This document shows, one piece after another, positions 44,109-54,501 of a stretch of DNA of 64,000 bases (positions are counted from its first letter, which is position 1; every line of letters begins with the position of its first letter). Where the stretch lies: NCBI GenBank assembly GCA_001794755.1, contig MGKT01000006.1, positions 40,700 to 104,699 on the forward strand, written 5' to 3'. The stretch is from Candidatus Yanofskybacteria bacterium RIFCSPLOWO2_02_FULL_44_18 (GTDB lineage: Bacteria; Patescibacteriota; Minisyncoccia; 2-02-FULL-40-12; GWA2-44-9). A program made the translations under genes and the position numbers. The notes under the pieces were generated by a model that saw only the letters and a list, made by a program, of their open reading frames with translations, made no database searches and was not told where the DNA came from.

Positions 44109-45383
44109 CTAGCTAATAATCTTAAATTCAGGAAGTGGAAGAACAAATTTTGATTTGAGACCTTTGGCACGCCAATTCTTCATAATGTAGTCGCCGTAGT
44201 GCCAGGCAAGAACAACGACATAATCCGGCCTTTCTTTCATTATTATCTCGTTTCCAACAACAGGAATGTGGGTTCCTGGCATGAATTTGCCTACTTTTTC
44301 CGATTGAGGCAATTGAGCGATATAGGGCATTATGGTTTTATCAAGGCCGTAATAATTAACAATCACCGTTCCGCGACCAGGACAAGAATCTGCGACAAAA
44401 CGCAAACCCTTGCTTCGAGCTTTATGTGCTAAATCTAAAAACCGATGACGATTTTCAACAATTCGCCCTCTCCATTTTGCCCATGTTCTCGGTTTAAACA
44501 ATCCGGATTTTTCCTCTAATACCAACAATTTACCCACGTCAGGACTGATGGGGTACACCCCTTTTCGGGCCACATAAACTCGAATACTGCCCTCGCGTGA
44601 AGCTAATTTTTGGGCATCAAAAACTTCCATGCCATAATATGAAAATAGTTTAACCAGAGATTTTACGCTGTAAAGACGAATGTGCTCATGATAGACCTGA
44701 TCAAATTGATTTCTGTTAAGAATATCGAGAAGATATTGGCTCTCTGTCATGAACACCCCGTCTTTATCCAAAAGACGGTCTAATCCTCGCATGACCTCCC
44801 CCAGAGTAGCCATATGCGCGAATACATTTGTCATGGTGATTATTTTTGCGCGTCCATATTCTTTAACTATATCTCTCGCCACCGATTCAGTAAAAAAATT
44901 TTGAATAGTTTCAATTTTATTTTCTCGTCGCGCAAACTTAGCCATGTTTGTCGGTTCTACGCCAATGGTTCGCAGACCGTAACGCTTAAATCCGGACAGA
45001 AGAGTGCCGTCATTGCAACCCACATCGACACATAATGATTTAGGCAGAACCTTGAATCTTTTTACAACGTCATCGGCAAATCCCAAAAGATAGAGCCGGA
45101 GCGGTTCCGATATGCCGGCACGATACGGGTATTCGGCAGGATAAATAATTTTTCCGTCAACGACATAATCCAACTGTCCCAATCCGGACTCGGGACAAAT
45201 CATAAGCCGTAAAGGATAATGCGCTTCTGGTTGATTTAGGGCTTCCTTTGTCAACAAAGCATCACAGGGCGGCTGATGGCCGAGGTCTATGGCTTCAAAA
45301 AGATTATTAGAACCCGTGATTTGGCAATGATCTAATATGCCCGGCGCGGCATCCTGATTTGGTTTCTTTTTTTGCTCTCTCAT
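44109..45383 (-). CDS. NDP-hexose C-methyltransferase family protein (N-terminal Zn-ribbon + SAM MTase + C-methyltransferase C-domain; TylC3/Methyltransf_13/14-like)
   Basis: 424 aa with an N-terminal Cys cluster (…HCQITGSNNLFEAIDLGHQPPCD…) and a SAM-binding fold (…CVDVGCNDGTLL…). Confidence 0.55.
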   Translation of the reverse strand: MREQKKKPNQDAAPGILDHCQITGSNNLFEAIDLGHQPPCDALLTKEALNQPEAHYPLRLMICPESGLGQLDYVVDGKIIYPAEYPYRAGISEPLRLYLLGFADDVVKRFKVLPKSLCVDVGCNDGTLLSGFKRYGLRTIGVEPTNMAKFARRENKIETIQNFFTESVARDIVKEYGRAKIITMTNVFAHMATLGEVMRGLDRLLDKDGVFMTESQYLLDILNRNQFDQVYHEHIRLYSVKSLVKLFSYYGMEVFDAQKLASREGSIRVYVARKGVYPISPDVGKLLVLEEKSGLFKPRTWAKWRGRIVENRHRFLDLAHKARSKGLRFVADSCPGRGTVIVNYYGLDKTIMPYIAQLPQSEKVGKFMPGTHIPVVGNEIIMKERPDYVVVLAWHYGDYIMKNWRAKGLKSKFVLPLPEFKIIS

Positions 45384-45427
45384 AAAGACCTACTATATTA
45401 CACAAAGCTAACAAGTAATTCAAGGAA

Positions 45428-46201
45428 TTATTTTTTGCCAACTATAACTATTTCAAAACCGAAATTCCTTGTGAAAAATCTCTCCGTAAACCTATCTAAA
45501 ATTTTGGATAATCTATTTATCGCCCGGCCCCAAAAATGGAACATTTTATGATATCTTTTCAATCGAAACAGTCCATAGCCAACATAAAAACCATCTTCGG
45601 CTTGAACATGAAGTCCTGTATCCTTGAAAGCTTTTCTTAATTCAGACTTCTTGAAAGATTTTTCATAATCATATTCAAATTTTCTTCCGAGTAGTGGCAG
45701 GATGGATTTGTACAATGTGTGAAAATTCCAAAAATTCGGTACGGCCACGATTAATGTCCCGCCCGGCTTTAGTACCCTCACCATCTCCGAAACGGCATCT
45801 ATATGGTTCGTAAACAGCTGAATCACGCCATCAGCAAAAACAACATCAAAATAATTATCTTCAAAACTAATATGCAAACAATCTTGAACGCTAAACTCTA
45901 TATTACGCACATCAAGTTCATCGGCCAAATTTCTGGCTAAATCCAAAGATTCTTCTAAAATATCTGAAACGTAAACTTTACTATTCTTAAAATCCTTAGC
46001 GATACTAACTCCAAACCGTCCGCACCCTGTAGCAAGTTCCAATATCTTACCCGCCGTATCGGGAATATATTTTTTAAAAACTGGATACGCCTCAACAAAA
46101 AATCGATTTGTTATAACACCAAGGTTTGACTCTCCTTCTTTCCAGGTTTTTCTCCAAACATTATTTATTTCCTTTTGGCCAATCTTTCCATTTTCATTCA
46201 T
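45428..46201 (-). CDS. class I SAM-dependent methyltransferase
   Basis: 257 aa with motif I …ILELATGCGRFGVSIAK… and a post-I acidic residue. Confidence 0.7.
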   Translation of the reverse strand: MNENGKIGQKEINNVWRKTWKEGESNLGVITNRFFVEAYPVFKKYIPDTAGKILELATGCGRFGVSIAKDFKNSKVYVSDILEESLDLARNLADELDVRNIEFSVQDCLHISFEDNYFDVVFADGVIQLFTNHIDAVSEMVRVLKPGGTLIVAVPNFWNFHTLYKSILPLLGRKFEYDYEKSFKKSELRKAFKDTGLHVQAEDGFYVGYGLFRLKRYHKMFHFWGRAINRLSKILDRFTERFFTRNFGFEIVIVGKK

Positions 46202-46343
46202 AATAAAAAATTCCTATATTATTAAAACCTACAACCAATATTAGCATGGCTAATAAATAAAAAAAGCACATTAGGTATCCTTTACAAAAGCCCTAATATC
46301 TGATATACTTTAAACCAAAGTTGGACAATTTAGACACATACTC

Positions 46344-48125
46344 TTGTTGTATATTCTGAAGAAAATAACCTATCTCTATAAGCTGACCGCAAGCTTTATA
46401 ACTTCTTACAAAAAAAGATTTGTTTTTATAGTTTTGCTTGGTTTTATAAATGGACTTGCTGGAAGTGTTGGGATAGGCATTATAATCCCATTGTTTTCAG
46501 TGTTTACTGGCAGTGGTATTGCCGGCACAGACTTCATAACCAGCAGTACTGAAAAATTCTTCATGATATTTAAAATCCCACTAACAGCTCCCTCTTTGAT
46601 AATATTTATGGTCCTCCTATTTGCGCTAAAAGCATTCGCACAATTTATCGCTAAATATAATACTGAAAAACTTGCTGCCGGGTTTGAAGAAAATCTCCGG
46701 TCAGAACTTCTTAAAAAAACCCTTAAAACAGGCTGGCCTTATTTGTCTAATCAAAAAATAGGACACCTTGAGAGAACATTATTTTACGATATTAATCAAT
46801 CAACCACGATCTTACTGCAAATTGGAACTGGAATTCTTATATTAACCAGTTTCATTACTTATTCAATTGTTGCTTTTAAAATATCGGCCCCAATTACCTT
46901 GGCAACACTTTTATTCGGTATTATTTTATTCCCGATATTAAAGCCCTTATTTTACAAAATTAGAAAACTTTCAGAACAGACCAGTCAACTCTATAAGCAG
47001 GTAGCCAATCATGTCAGTGAAAATATTATTGGCATTAAAGTGGTCAAAACCACAGCAACAGAAGACGCGGTAATCAAGGCCGGAAACAATTACTTCAAAG
47101 AACTTAAACTTGCCCGGACGAAGTCGGGTATGCACAGTTATGCAATCGGGAGTTCAATAGAACCTATCGGAATTGTTTTCGTCGGAGTGCTGTTCATACT
47201 CACCTACCGCTTACCCGGCTTCAACATCGCTTCATTTGGAGTGGTTGTTTATCTTATCCAAAAAATATTTTCATTCATTCAATCAATACAGGGACAATTT
47301 CAGACTTTCGTCAGCATTACCCCAAATATAGAAAATGTGATTAGTTACCGTTTGGCGATAGAAAAAAACAGCGAGGAAAATCTTGGCTCAGATCCTTTTA
47401 TTTTTATAAAATCTCTTGAATTTGTAGATGTGGGCTTTTCTCATGACAAAGATTCAATTATTCTTAAAAAAATTAACTTATCAGTAGGGAAAGGGCAGAT
47501 GATAGGAATTATAGGACCTTCCGGTGCCGGTAAAACAACAACTGCAGACATTCTTTTGAGGCTCCTTGTTCCTAAAGAAGGACAAATCCTTTTGGACGGC
47601 AAGGATTATTTAAAAACTGACATAAAGGAATGGAGAAAAAATATCGGTTATGTCCCTCAAGATATTTTCTTAATAAACGACACAATAGAAAACAATATAA
47701 TATTTTATGATAAATCCATTTCCAAAGAAGAAATTATAGAAGCAACCAAAACTGCCAACATCTATGATTTCATAGAAGGCTTGCCTGATAAATTCAATAC
47801 TGTTGCTGGCGAAAGAGGCGTAAAACTTTCGGGCGGACAGAAACAAAGAATTGTTTTGGCCAGGGCATTGGCCAGAAAACCTCAGATTTTAATCTTGGAT
47901 GAGGCCACCAGTGCTATAGATAATGAATCAGAGATGCTAATTCAGGAAGCAATACAGAAATTAAAAGGACAGGTTACCGTTATCATAATTGCTCACAGAA
48001 TAAATACTATAATGAGAACCGATTATGTTTTTGTTATTGATGGCGGTAAATTAGTGGAATCTGGGCAGCCCAATGAATTATTAAAAAATAATGCTTCATA
48101 TCTTCATCGGGTTTACCATCTGTAA
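46344..48125 (+). CDS. ABC exporter, fused permease-ATPase (MsbA/type-I exporter-like)
   Basis: 593 aa with six N-terminal TM helices, Walker A GPSGAGKTT, signature LSGGQKQR, and Walker B ILILDEATSAID. Confidence 0.9.
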   Translation: MLYILKKITYLYKLTASFITSYKKRFVFIVLLGFINGLAGSVGIGIIIPLFSVFTGSGIAGTDFITSSTEKFFMIFKIPLTAPSLIIFMVLLFALKAFAQFIAKYNTEKLAAGFEENLRSELLKKTLKTGWPYLSNQKIGHLERTLFYDINQSTTILLQIGTGILILTSFITYSIVAFKISAPITLATLLFGIILFPILKPLFYKIRKLSEQTSQLYKQVANHVSENIIGIKVVKTTATEDAVIKAGNNYFKELKLARTKSGMHSYAIGSSIEPIGIVFVGVLFILTYRLPGFNIASFGVVVYLIQKIFSFIQSIQGQFQTFVSITPNIENVISYRLAIEKNSEENLGSDPFIFIKSLEFVDVGFSHDKDSIILKKINLSVGKGQMIGIIGPSGAGKTTTADILLRLLVPKEGQILLDGKDYLKTDIKEWRKNIGYVPQDIFLINDTIENNIIFYDKSISKEEIIEATKTANIYDFIEGLPDKFNTVAGERGVKLSGGQKQRIVLARALARKPQILILDEATSAIDNESEMLIQEAIQKLKGQVTVIIIAHRINTIMRTDYVFVIDGGKLVESGQPNELLKNNASYLHRVYHL

Positions 48126-48126
48126 T

Positions 48127-48585
48127 ATGCTCGTAAAAAAGATAAAATATCCATTCACGCCAAAAGAGTATAAAAAAATATACTCCAAGGTTCCTCGTCT
48201 ATGCGTTGAGTTAGTCATTCAAGACAAAAAAGGTATTCTTTTTTCTCTGAGAAAAGCAAAAAGTTGGAATGGGATGTGGCATTTGCCAGGCGGAACTTTG
48301 TACCACGGAGAAACACTTTCAAAATGCATTGACAGAGTAGCCAGAGACGAACTTGGCATTAAGTTGAACAAGAAAAAATTCCTAGGATACATTGAATATC
48401 TCCAAGATGAGAAGAACCGACGAAGTTTTGGAACTTCAGTCGGATTATTATTTTTATGCATGATAAAATCGGGAAAAATACGAGGAAGCGATCAGGCTGA
48501 ACAAATAGATTTCTTCAAAAGATTACCAATCAACATCATACCCGCCCATCGAACATTTCTCAAGAAAGTACTCAAAATTAAATAA
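48127..48585 (+). CDS. NUDIX hydrolase
   Basis: About 152 aa with a Nudix-box-like GGTLYHGETLSKCIDRVARDELGI. The start is taken at MLVKK… because the ORF-track start overlaps the ABC gene. Confidence 0.55.
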   Translation: MLVKKIKYPFTPKEYKKIYSKVPRLCVELVIQDKKGILFSLRKAKSWNGMWHLPGGTLYHGETLSKCIDRVARDELGIKLNKKKFLGYIEYLQDEKNRRSFGTSVGLLFLCMIKSGKIRGSDQAEQIDFFKRLPINIIPAHRTFLKKVLKIK

Positions 48586-48591
48586 CCAACA

Positions 48592-49410
48592 CTAGTTTAC
48601 ACTTGATGTACGGAAAACTTTTAATTTATGGAAGTAGCGTCTTTTGGTTTTAACCGCAATTAATAATGCGTCACATAACCATTTATATGCAAGAATATAG
48701 GAGTAGTTAATAGATTTATTCTCCATTTCTATAAAAGGATAGCGCAAGACATGCTCTCGGCTTTCTTTATTTTCAAAATCAGCGGTTACGTATTTGTATA
48801 GCTTAGTGGGGTCGCTCTTTTTGAAAACTTCTAACTTACGATCCACATCGGCTTTGCTGACATATCCGTAGTGTTTGATTCTAAAAGGAACGGTCCGAAC
48901 TGGTGTGGTGATGCCTTGAATCCCTCCCGGGTGGATAACAACATCTTTAAAATAAGTGCCTTCAACATTGCGCCACATAAAACGTTGGGGCCTTAACGTA
49001 TAGAAGAACCAATCTCGATCAAAACGGCAATACTTCATACTCTGCCAAAAATGGCACATCCTAAAACCAATGCAGTCATATGTGTGCTGCCTCATGTATT
49101 TCTCCAAAATAGCTCTTGTTAAATTCTTCTCGAATACTTCATCAGGCCACGCCATAGTAATCCAATCAGCATTTCTTTTTTTAGCTTCTTCCAATAATAT
49201 ATTCATGTCTCTCCCTTCATGAAAGTTGCCCGTGTCATCTCTATATAACACTTGGGCGATTTTGGGAAATTTTTTAAACACCTCGATGGTTCCGTCAGTG
49301 GATCCATTGTCCATGATAATTATTTCATCCATGAGCTCGGAAAGCTTCTCGAGACAGTCTTCAAGTTTCAATAAAGAGTTTTTTGTCCGCAATATAGCGA
49401 CAATTTTCAT
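48592..49410 (-). CDS. GT2 glycosyltransferase
   Basis: 272 aa with …IIIMDNGSTDGT… (GT2 A-domain). Confidence 0.7.
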   Translation of the reverse strand: MKIVAILRTKNSLLKLEDCLEKLSELMDEIIIMDNGSTDGTIEVFKKFPKIAQVLYRDDTGNFHEGRDMNILLEEAKKRNADWITMAWPDEVFEKNLTRAILEKYMRQHTYDCIGFRMCHFWQSMKYCRFDRDWFFYTLRPQRFMWRNVEGTYFKDVVIHPGGIQGITTPVRTVPFRIKHYGYVSKADVDRKLEVFKKSDPTKLYKYVTADFENKESREHVLRYPFIEMENKSINYSYILAYKWLCDALLIAVKTKRRYFHKLKVFRTSSVN

Positions 49411-49415
49411 GTAGA

Positions 49416-50300
49416 TTAATTTCCTGTTCTAAGTATTTTATAGATCCTACCCCCAAAGAGCATGCTCAAATAATGAACAAAGTATAGCACAGAAAAATAA
49501 TTTGTCATTGCCTGTTTGAACATGCTCCTAGCTTCTAGAAATTGACCATTGTCTCTATACATCAAACCCAGACCAAAATTCTGAGCGGCTAATAATTTTT
49601 TATCTTTCTTTATTTCTTCCATATATTTGGCCAATATCATCTCTCTTCCTAAAATTCTTCTCTTTAGACTGCCCCCGACCTGCTGATGCCCGCCCATAGT
49701 AACCCTCACTAATGGTTGATTAATACCGAGGCCTTTAAATTTACACGTCACTCTGATCATGAGGTCAGCTTCTTGGTGGCTTGGGAATTTCTCGTCAAAC
49801 AAACCGACTTCTTCAAATACGTATTTTTTTATTATCAAAGTTACCGTCAAGAGGGATTTGAAGTAGGACAAAGCCAACTGGTGATAATCGGCAATTCCCC
49901 CCGGCACCGTCGTAATATATCTTCTGGTCGAATAAACATTTTCAACTGCCGAGAAACAAAATCCAACGTCATGGGGAGTTGATTCAAATTGAGCCATCTG
50001 AATGGCAAGTTTGTGGGGCAGCCACTCATCGTCATCGTCAAGAAAGGCGATAAATTCTCCGCCGGCATTTTTAATTCCCGTATTTCTGGCCGCTGAACCG
50101 CCTTTTTCTTCCGAATGTTGAATATATTTCAACCGAGGATCGTTGATGTTATTTATAACCTGGTCGGCTCTTATTTCTAGTCCATCATCTATGACGATGA
50201 CTTCTAAATCTTTGTAGGTTTGACACAAAACAGAATTAATCGCTCTTTTAAGAAGTTCGGGCCGATTGTGAGTTGGAATTATGACAGAGACGTTAACCAT
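49416..50300 (-). CDS. GT2 glycosyltransferase
   Basis: 294 aa with VSVIIPTHNRPELLKRAINSVLCQTY…VIVIDDG…FLDDDDEW (canonical GT2 motifs). Confidence 0.8.
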   Translation of the reverse strand: MVNVSVIIPTHNRPELLKRAINSVLCQTYKDLEVIVIDDGLEIRADQVINNINDPRLKYIQHSEEKGGSAARNTGIKNAGGEFIAFLDDDDEWLPHKLAIQMAQFESTPHDVGFCFSAVENVYSTRRYITTVPGGIADYHQLALSYFKSLLTVTLIIKKYVFEEVGLFDEKFPSHQEADLMIRVTCKFKGLGINQPLVRVTMGGHQQVGGSLKRRILGREMILAKYMEEIKKDKKLLAAQNFGLGLMYRDNGQFLEARSMFKQAMTNYFSVLYFVHYLSMLFGGRIYKILRTGN

Positions 50301-51315
50301 TTGAAAAAATATCAGCTAGTTTTTCAGTCGCGTCATCCCAGGAAAAATTAGATCTGATAAAATCATAGCCTCTCTGGCTTATCTCATTTCTAAGTTTTTC
50401 ATTTCTAATTGCCAGTCTTAATTTTGTTTCAAGATCATCAGCGTCATTATGTTTTGCCACAAAAGATGTATTTCCATCAATGGCATATTCGTTTGATCCA
50501 CCAGTATCAAAAGTGACATTCGCGCATTTACAGGCCATTGCCTCCATCGGCGGCATACCCAAGGCCTCGTATTCAGACGTGCAGACAAAAATATGGCAAG
50601 ATGAATATATTTTAGCCAAATCTTCCTGTTTTGGATTATAATGATATTCATCGCAAAGAGGATTATCAACTTTTTTATTTCTTACTCCAAACATCACCAA
50701 TTGCGTTTCTGGAAAATCATTTTTTATTCTGGAAAATACTTCTAATCCAATCTTAGTTCCCTTCCATGGATATGTATGATTAAGCATCATGACTCTTATT
50801 GGAGCTGGCTTGCGATACTCAGGTAAAAATTTAAAAAGATCTAAATCAACAGGAATTACTATCACGTGACTGTCCGATTGAAATTTATCTTTAATTATTT
50901 TCTGGAGCCAGCGAGAAGGAACTATTTTTGTTAATGGCAAGCGGTATGTTGGATCCACCAACTCCGCAGGACCATGATAAAGGCTCTCATAATGCAGACT
51001 CAAATAAAACTTTTTCCCTTTTTGGGGGGCATAAGAATCAACTGGCCCTGCAGTCTGCCAAGCCGTAGCAACCACGACATCCCCGTCAGGTATATTATTT
51101 TCATCATAACCAGCAGTCCAAATAACTTTAGCAGCCATCGGCATCCAATTCGGCTTTATATTTAAGGCATTTTTAACAGCTCGCCTGAAATTTCCTTTTG
51201 TTGGCGCAATAATACACACATCATGCCCCTTGCGGGCAAGTAAGTGTGCATAGGTAAGAATTATCCTATTGCCGCCATTTATTTTAAGATGTGTAGCTAA
51301 AAATGTTATTTTCAT
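50293..51315 (-). CDS. GT4 glycosyltransferase
   Basis: 340 aa with a GT-B fold and the C-terminal …CTSEYEALGMPPMEAMACKCANV… (E-x7-E-like GT4 motif). Confidence 0.7.
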   Translation of the reverse strand: MKITFLATHLKINGGNRIILTYAHLLARKGHDVCIIAPTKGNFRRAVKNALNIKPNWMPMAAKVIWTAGYDENNIPDGDVVVATAWQTAGPVDSYAPQKGKKFYLSLHYESLYHGPAELVDPTYRLPLTKIVPSRWLQKIIKDKFQSDSHVIVIPVDLDLFKFLPEYRKPAPIRVMMLNHTYPWKGTKIGLEVFSRIKNDFPETQLVMFGVRNKKVDNPLCDEYHYNPKQEDLAKIYSSCHIFVCTSEYEALGMPPMEAMACKCANVTFDTGGSNEYAIDGNTSFVAKHNDADDLETKLRLAIRNEKLRNEISQRGYDFIRSNFSWDDATEKLADIFSNG

Positions 51316-51318
51316 ATT

Positions 51319-53073
51319 CTAATCAATTTTAAATATTTCATAATGCCCATCATTATATACAGATGTCATGGTAAACGATCTTTGTTTGGCCGAAAGCGGA
51401 CCTCGGGTAATATCACGAATGAAATAAGAGACGTGATATTTTTTTAAATACTGCCTTATATTGGGACGAATAGTTTCATTGTTTAGTTTGAACGCTTCGG
51501 CAACGGCATCATTTTTTTGCACGTTTAAGGTATCCAAAAAGTCCTCTCGGCAAAACTCGGCCCGTATTTTAAACATCGTGCACAAACTATTACGTAATTC
51601 CAATTCATTTTTTTTATAATCAAAATATGAACCTTCATATTTTACATATTCTTCCGTCAATGTCTTCTTGCTGAGATTCTCAAAGTATTGACTGACTAAA
51701 TACCTTTCACGAATTTCCGATGTTTGCATAATATAAAAATGGACATTTAGAAGACCTGGATATAAAACATAATGTTTTGAAAGATAAGGAACATATCTAC
51801 TAAGCTCATCGTCCGCCCAAATAACAACCGGCTCCTTCTCACTACCATCAAGCCAAGCCAAGGGGGCTCGATAATCCTGAACAGCAAGCGCGTCGGTGTA
51901 AGATATCGAAAATGGAGGAGACACCGAACGTTTAATCTCGGCAAATACGGTTAGGGTGCCGATTAACATCAGGAAAAGTGCTACTATGACTACAAACATT
52001 TTTCCGCGATATAGTTTTAGAATTATGAAATAATACAGGAACATGCCGAGTACAAGAGCAAACCAAACAGTTGTAAATCTGTTAACATGCGTAGCAATCA
52101 AAAAATCTTTTCCGGTAATAGCATTACTGACAAGGGCCAGAAAAACGGCCGCGCTTACAATCAAAAAATACCAAATGGTGATTGTTTTTTCTTTCAACTG
52201 TTTTCTAAAAAATAAAACCCAAATCAGGCCGGCCATTATCAGCCATCGGCCATAGTAATATGCTTCAATCGGTGGTAAATGAGTAGCGACAAAACCGACT
52301 CTCTGCACATTCTCCCAGTAACCGGGTGTCAGAAAACTTACTTTAAATGTATAGAATATGGCTGGTGTAGCCATAATTAACGAGAGGAACGATATTTTCA
52401 AAAGAACAGAAAACTTTTTCCACTGCCTGAATATCATTAAATATATGCATGTAAAAAATACGACAAGAACTACAATCTGCCAAAGGTAAGAATATAAGTA
52501 AAACGAAGCGGCAATAGCCAGTCCGAGAAAAATTCCATAACGTTTTTTTTCGGATTGAAGCCAGCTGAACATTGACCAGTTGAAAAAAATGAAGGCGGGC
52601 ATTATTACCTCCATGACTACCGGTCTTACCAGTCCGCCGTATGAAACAACGTAGACCAGAGAAGCAAGAATTACGGCCCATAGGCGACCGACAAAAAATC
52701 TTAGAAATTTATATGTAAATAGGGCAAAAAAAATGCTCGCCGCAATAAAACCTAACAATAATCCCGCATTAAAAGAAATCCCGAACTTCATCGGAAGCGC
52801 AACAATCGTTTCAGCGATGGAAAATACGGGTTGAGAATCGAAACGATGTTCCAAATAATAGTGATTTCCGGACATGGGGAAATCGGCAATTGTTTTATTA
52901 ATACGGGCGAGATAAAAAGTGGAATCAGTAATATAATTCGGAATTACTCCTCGCCAATTATCTTCCAGATTAAATCTAATCCAAAGAATGGGAAGAGCGC
53001 TGGCAAAAGCAATCGCGATTAGCCAGATAAACAATAATATTTTAAATTTATTTTTTCGTTGCATACTCGTCAC
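51319..53073 (-). CDS. large polytopic membrane protein (≥12 TM) with a C-terminal soluble domain; GT-C/YfhO-like candidate
   Basis: 584 aa. It is hydrophobic through about aa 380 and then has a soluble ~200-aa tail. It sits among GT genes. Confidence 0.4.
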   Translation of the reverse strand: MTSMQRKNKFKILLFIWLIAIAFASALPILWIRFNLEDNWRGVIPNYITDSTFYLARINKTIADFPMSGNHYYLEHRFDSQPVFSIAETIVALPMKFGISFNAGLLLGFIAASIFFALFTYKFLRFFVGRLWAVILASLVYVVSYGGLVRPVVMEVIMPAFIFFNWSMFSWLQSEKKRYGIFLGLAIAASFYLYSYLWQIVVLVVFFTCIYLMIFRQWKKFSVLLKISFLSLIMATPAIFYTFKVSFLTPGYWENVQRVGFVATHLPPIEAYYYGRWLIMAGLIWVLFFRKQLKEKTITIWYFLIVSAAVFLALVSNAITGKDFLIATHVNRFTTVWFALVLGMFLYYFIILKLYRGKMFVVIVALFLMLIGTLTVFAEIKRSVSPPFSISYTDALAVQDYRAPLAWLDGSEKEPVVIWADDELSRYVPYLSKHYVLYPGLLNVHFYIMQTSEIRERYLVSQYFENLSKKTLTEEYVKYEGSYFDYKKNELELRNSLCTMFKIRAEFCREDFLDTLNVQKNDAVAEAFKLNNETIRPNIRQYLKKYHVSYFIRDITRGPLSAKQRSFTMTSVYNDGHYEIFKID

Positions 53074-53076
53074 TTA

Positions 53077-53691
53077 TTAATTAATAAAACGATATTTTAT
53101 AATCGTCCATAGTATTCTAAAACCGTGATGCCATTTTATTTTTTTGCCGGCATGATAGTTCCTCGGATAATAATAAATCGGTACATCAATAGTTTTGTAT
53201 CCTTTTTTCAACAATTTGCAGATCAGTTCATTGTCATAATCAAAATTATTGGTATTAACTTTGACTTGCCTCAAAATATCAGCTCGAAATACCTTATAGC
53301 ATCCTTCATAGTCTTTAGCGTTATTCCAATAAAGCCAATTTGTCGTCAGTGAAATCAGATGATTGCCCAGCCATGCGGCCCAGTAGTAAGATTTCTTTCT
53401 CCTTTCATCTTTATCGGGTTTTATGCGTGCTCCCATGACAACTGATGTTTTTTTCTCAATTATAGGCAATATTAATCGGGGATAATCGTTCGGATCATAT
53501 TCAAGATCAGCATCCTGAATTATCACGATATCGCCTGTTGCCCTGGCAATTCCAGTCTTTAGGGCGCCGCCTTTTCCTAGGTTCCGCTCATGGAAGACAA
53601 AATGAATCCCATTGATAGTCTTGAGAATATTACGGGTCCCATCCGTTGATCCATCATCAACGACGATAATTTCTTTTTCGATATCGGGCAA
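53077..53691 (-). CDS. GT2 polyprenol-phosphate glycosyltransferase (DPM1-like); true N-terminus probably extends to ~53772 with a non-ATG start
   Basis: 204 aa called from a TTG start. The in-frame upstream sequence encodes (I)[45 protein letters not shown]…, which is the canonical GT2 N-terminus. There is no ATG, GTG or TTG in frame, but ATT at 53770-53772 would give [12 protein letters not shown]. An A9 homopolymer lies within this extension. Confidence 0.6.
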   Translation of the reverse strand: MPDIEKEIIVVDDGSTDGTRNILKTINGIHFVFHERNLGKGGALKTGIARATGDIVIIQDADLEYDPNDYPRLILPIIEKKTSVVMGARIKPDKDERRKKSYYWAAWLGNHLISLTTNWLYWNNAKDYEGCYKVFRADILRQVKVNTNNFDYDNELICKLLKKGYKTIDVPIYYYPRNYHAGKKIKWHHGFRILWTIIKYRFIN

Positions 53692-53888
53692 GGTTACTGT
53701 TTGAACCCGCTGAATTATTTCTGTAATTGTTTTTTTTTCGTTAAAAACCGGAATAATAATAGAGAGTTTAATGATAAAAGTGTTAATTATTATTCTAAAA
53801 TTTTAACTTTTTTATCAATAAAAGTCCAGTTGCCGATTTAGCTGTTTTTTGATACGATGGACTCTATTATTAAAAATTTCAATGCTCT

Positions 53889-54497
53889 ATGCATAATTCA
53901 AAAAATGTAACTCCGGGGCATGGGCTGCTGGAAAAATTTCTTTCTAAAAAAAGGGCCAAGTTGGCCAATCGATTTATCAGGCAGCACCCGACTCGCGACC
54001 GTATTTTGGATATTGGCTGCGGAGTTGTGCCATTGTTTTTGATATCTGCCAATTTTGACGAAAAGATCGGAATCGATCCTTCCGTAAACAATTACTATCA
54101 GAATCATGGAAACCAGAAAATAAATTTGATAAACTTTGATGTAGAGACATGCCAAAACCTTCCGTTTGCCGACAAATATTTCGATGCGGTGACAATGCTC
54201 GCGGTATTTGAACATATTGAACCGGAGAAGCTTCCCTACCTTTTGGGTGAGATCCGCAGAATACTTAAGCCGGGAGGTATTTTTTTTATGACTACCCCTT
54301 GCCCGTGGTCAGACAAACTACTTAAAACATTGGCTAAATACCACATTGTAAGCCAAGAAGGCATGAATGAACATAAAGGCGCTTATACACACAAAGAGAT
54401 AGCTGACTACTTTGCTAAAGGAGGATTTAAATATGAAAAAATGGGCTTTGGCTACTTTGAATTGTTTTTAAACTCTTGGGCTTATGTCCAAACCTGA
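53889..54497 (+). CDS. class I SAM-dependent methyltransferase (Methyltransf_11-like)
   Basis: 202 aa with …ILDIGCGVVPL… and …LKPGGIFFMTTP…. Confidence 0.7.
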   Translation: MHNSKNVTPGHGLLEKFLSKKRAKLANRFIRQHPTRDRILDIGCGVVPLFLISANFDEKIGIDPSVNNYYQNHGNQKINLINFDVETCQNLPFADKYFDAVTMLAVFEHIEPEKLPYLLGEIRRILKPGGIFFMTTPCPWSDKLLKTLAKYHIVSQEGMNEHKGAYTHKEIADYFAKGGFKYEKMGFGYFELFLNSWAYVQT

Positions 54498-54501
54498 TCT
54501 T

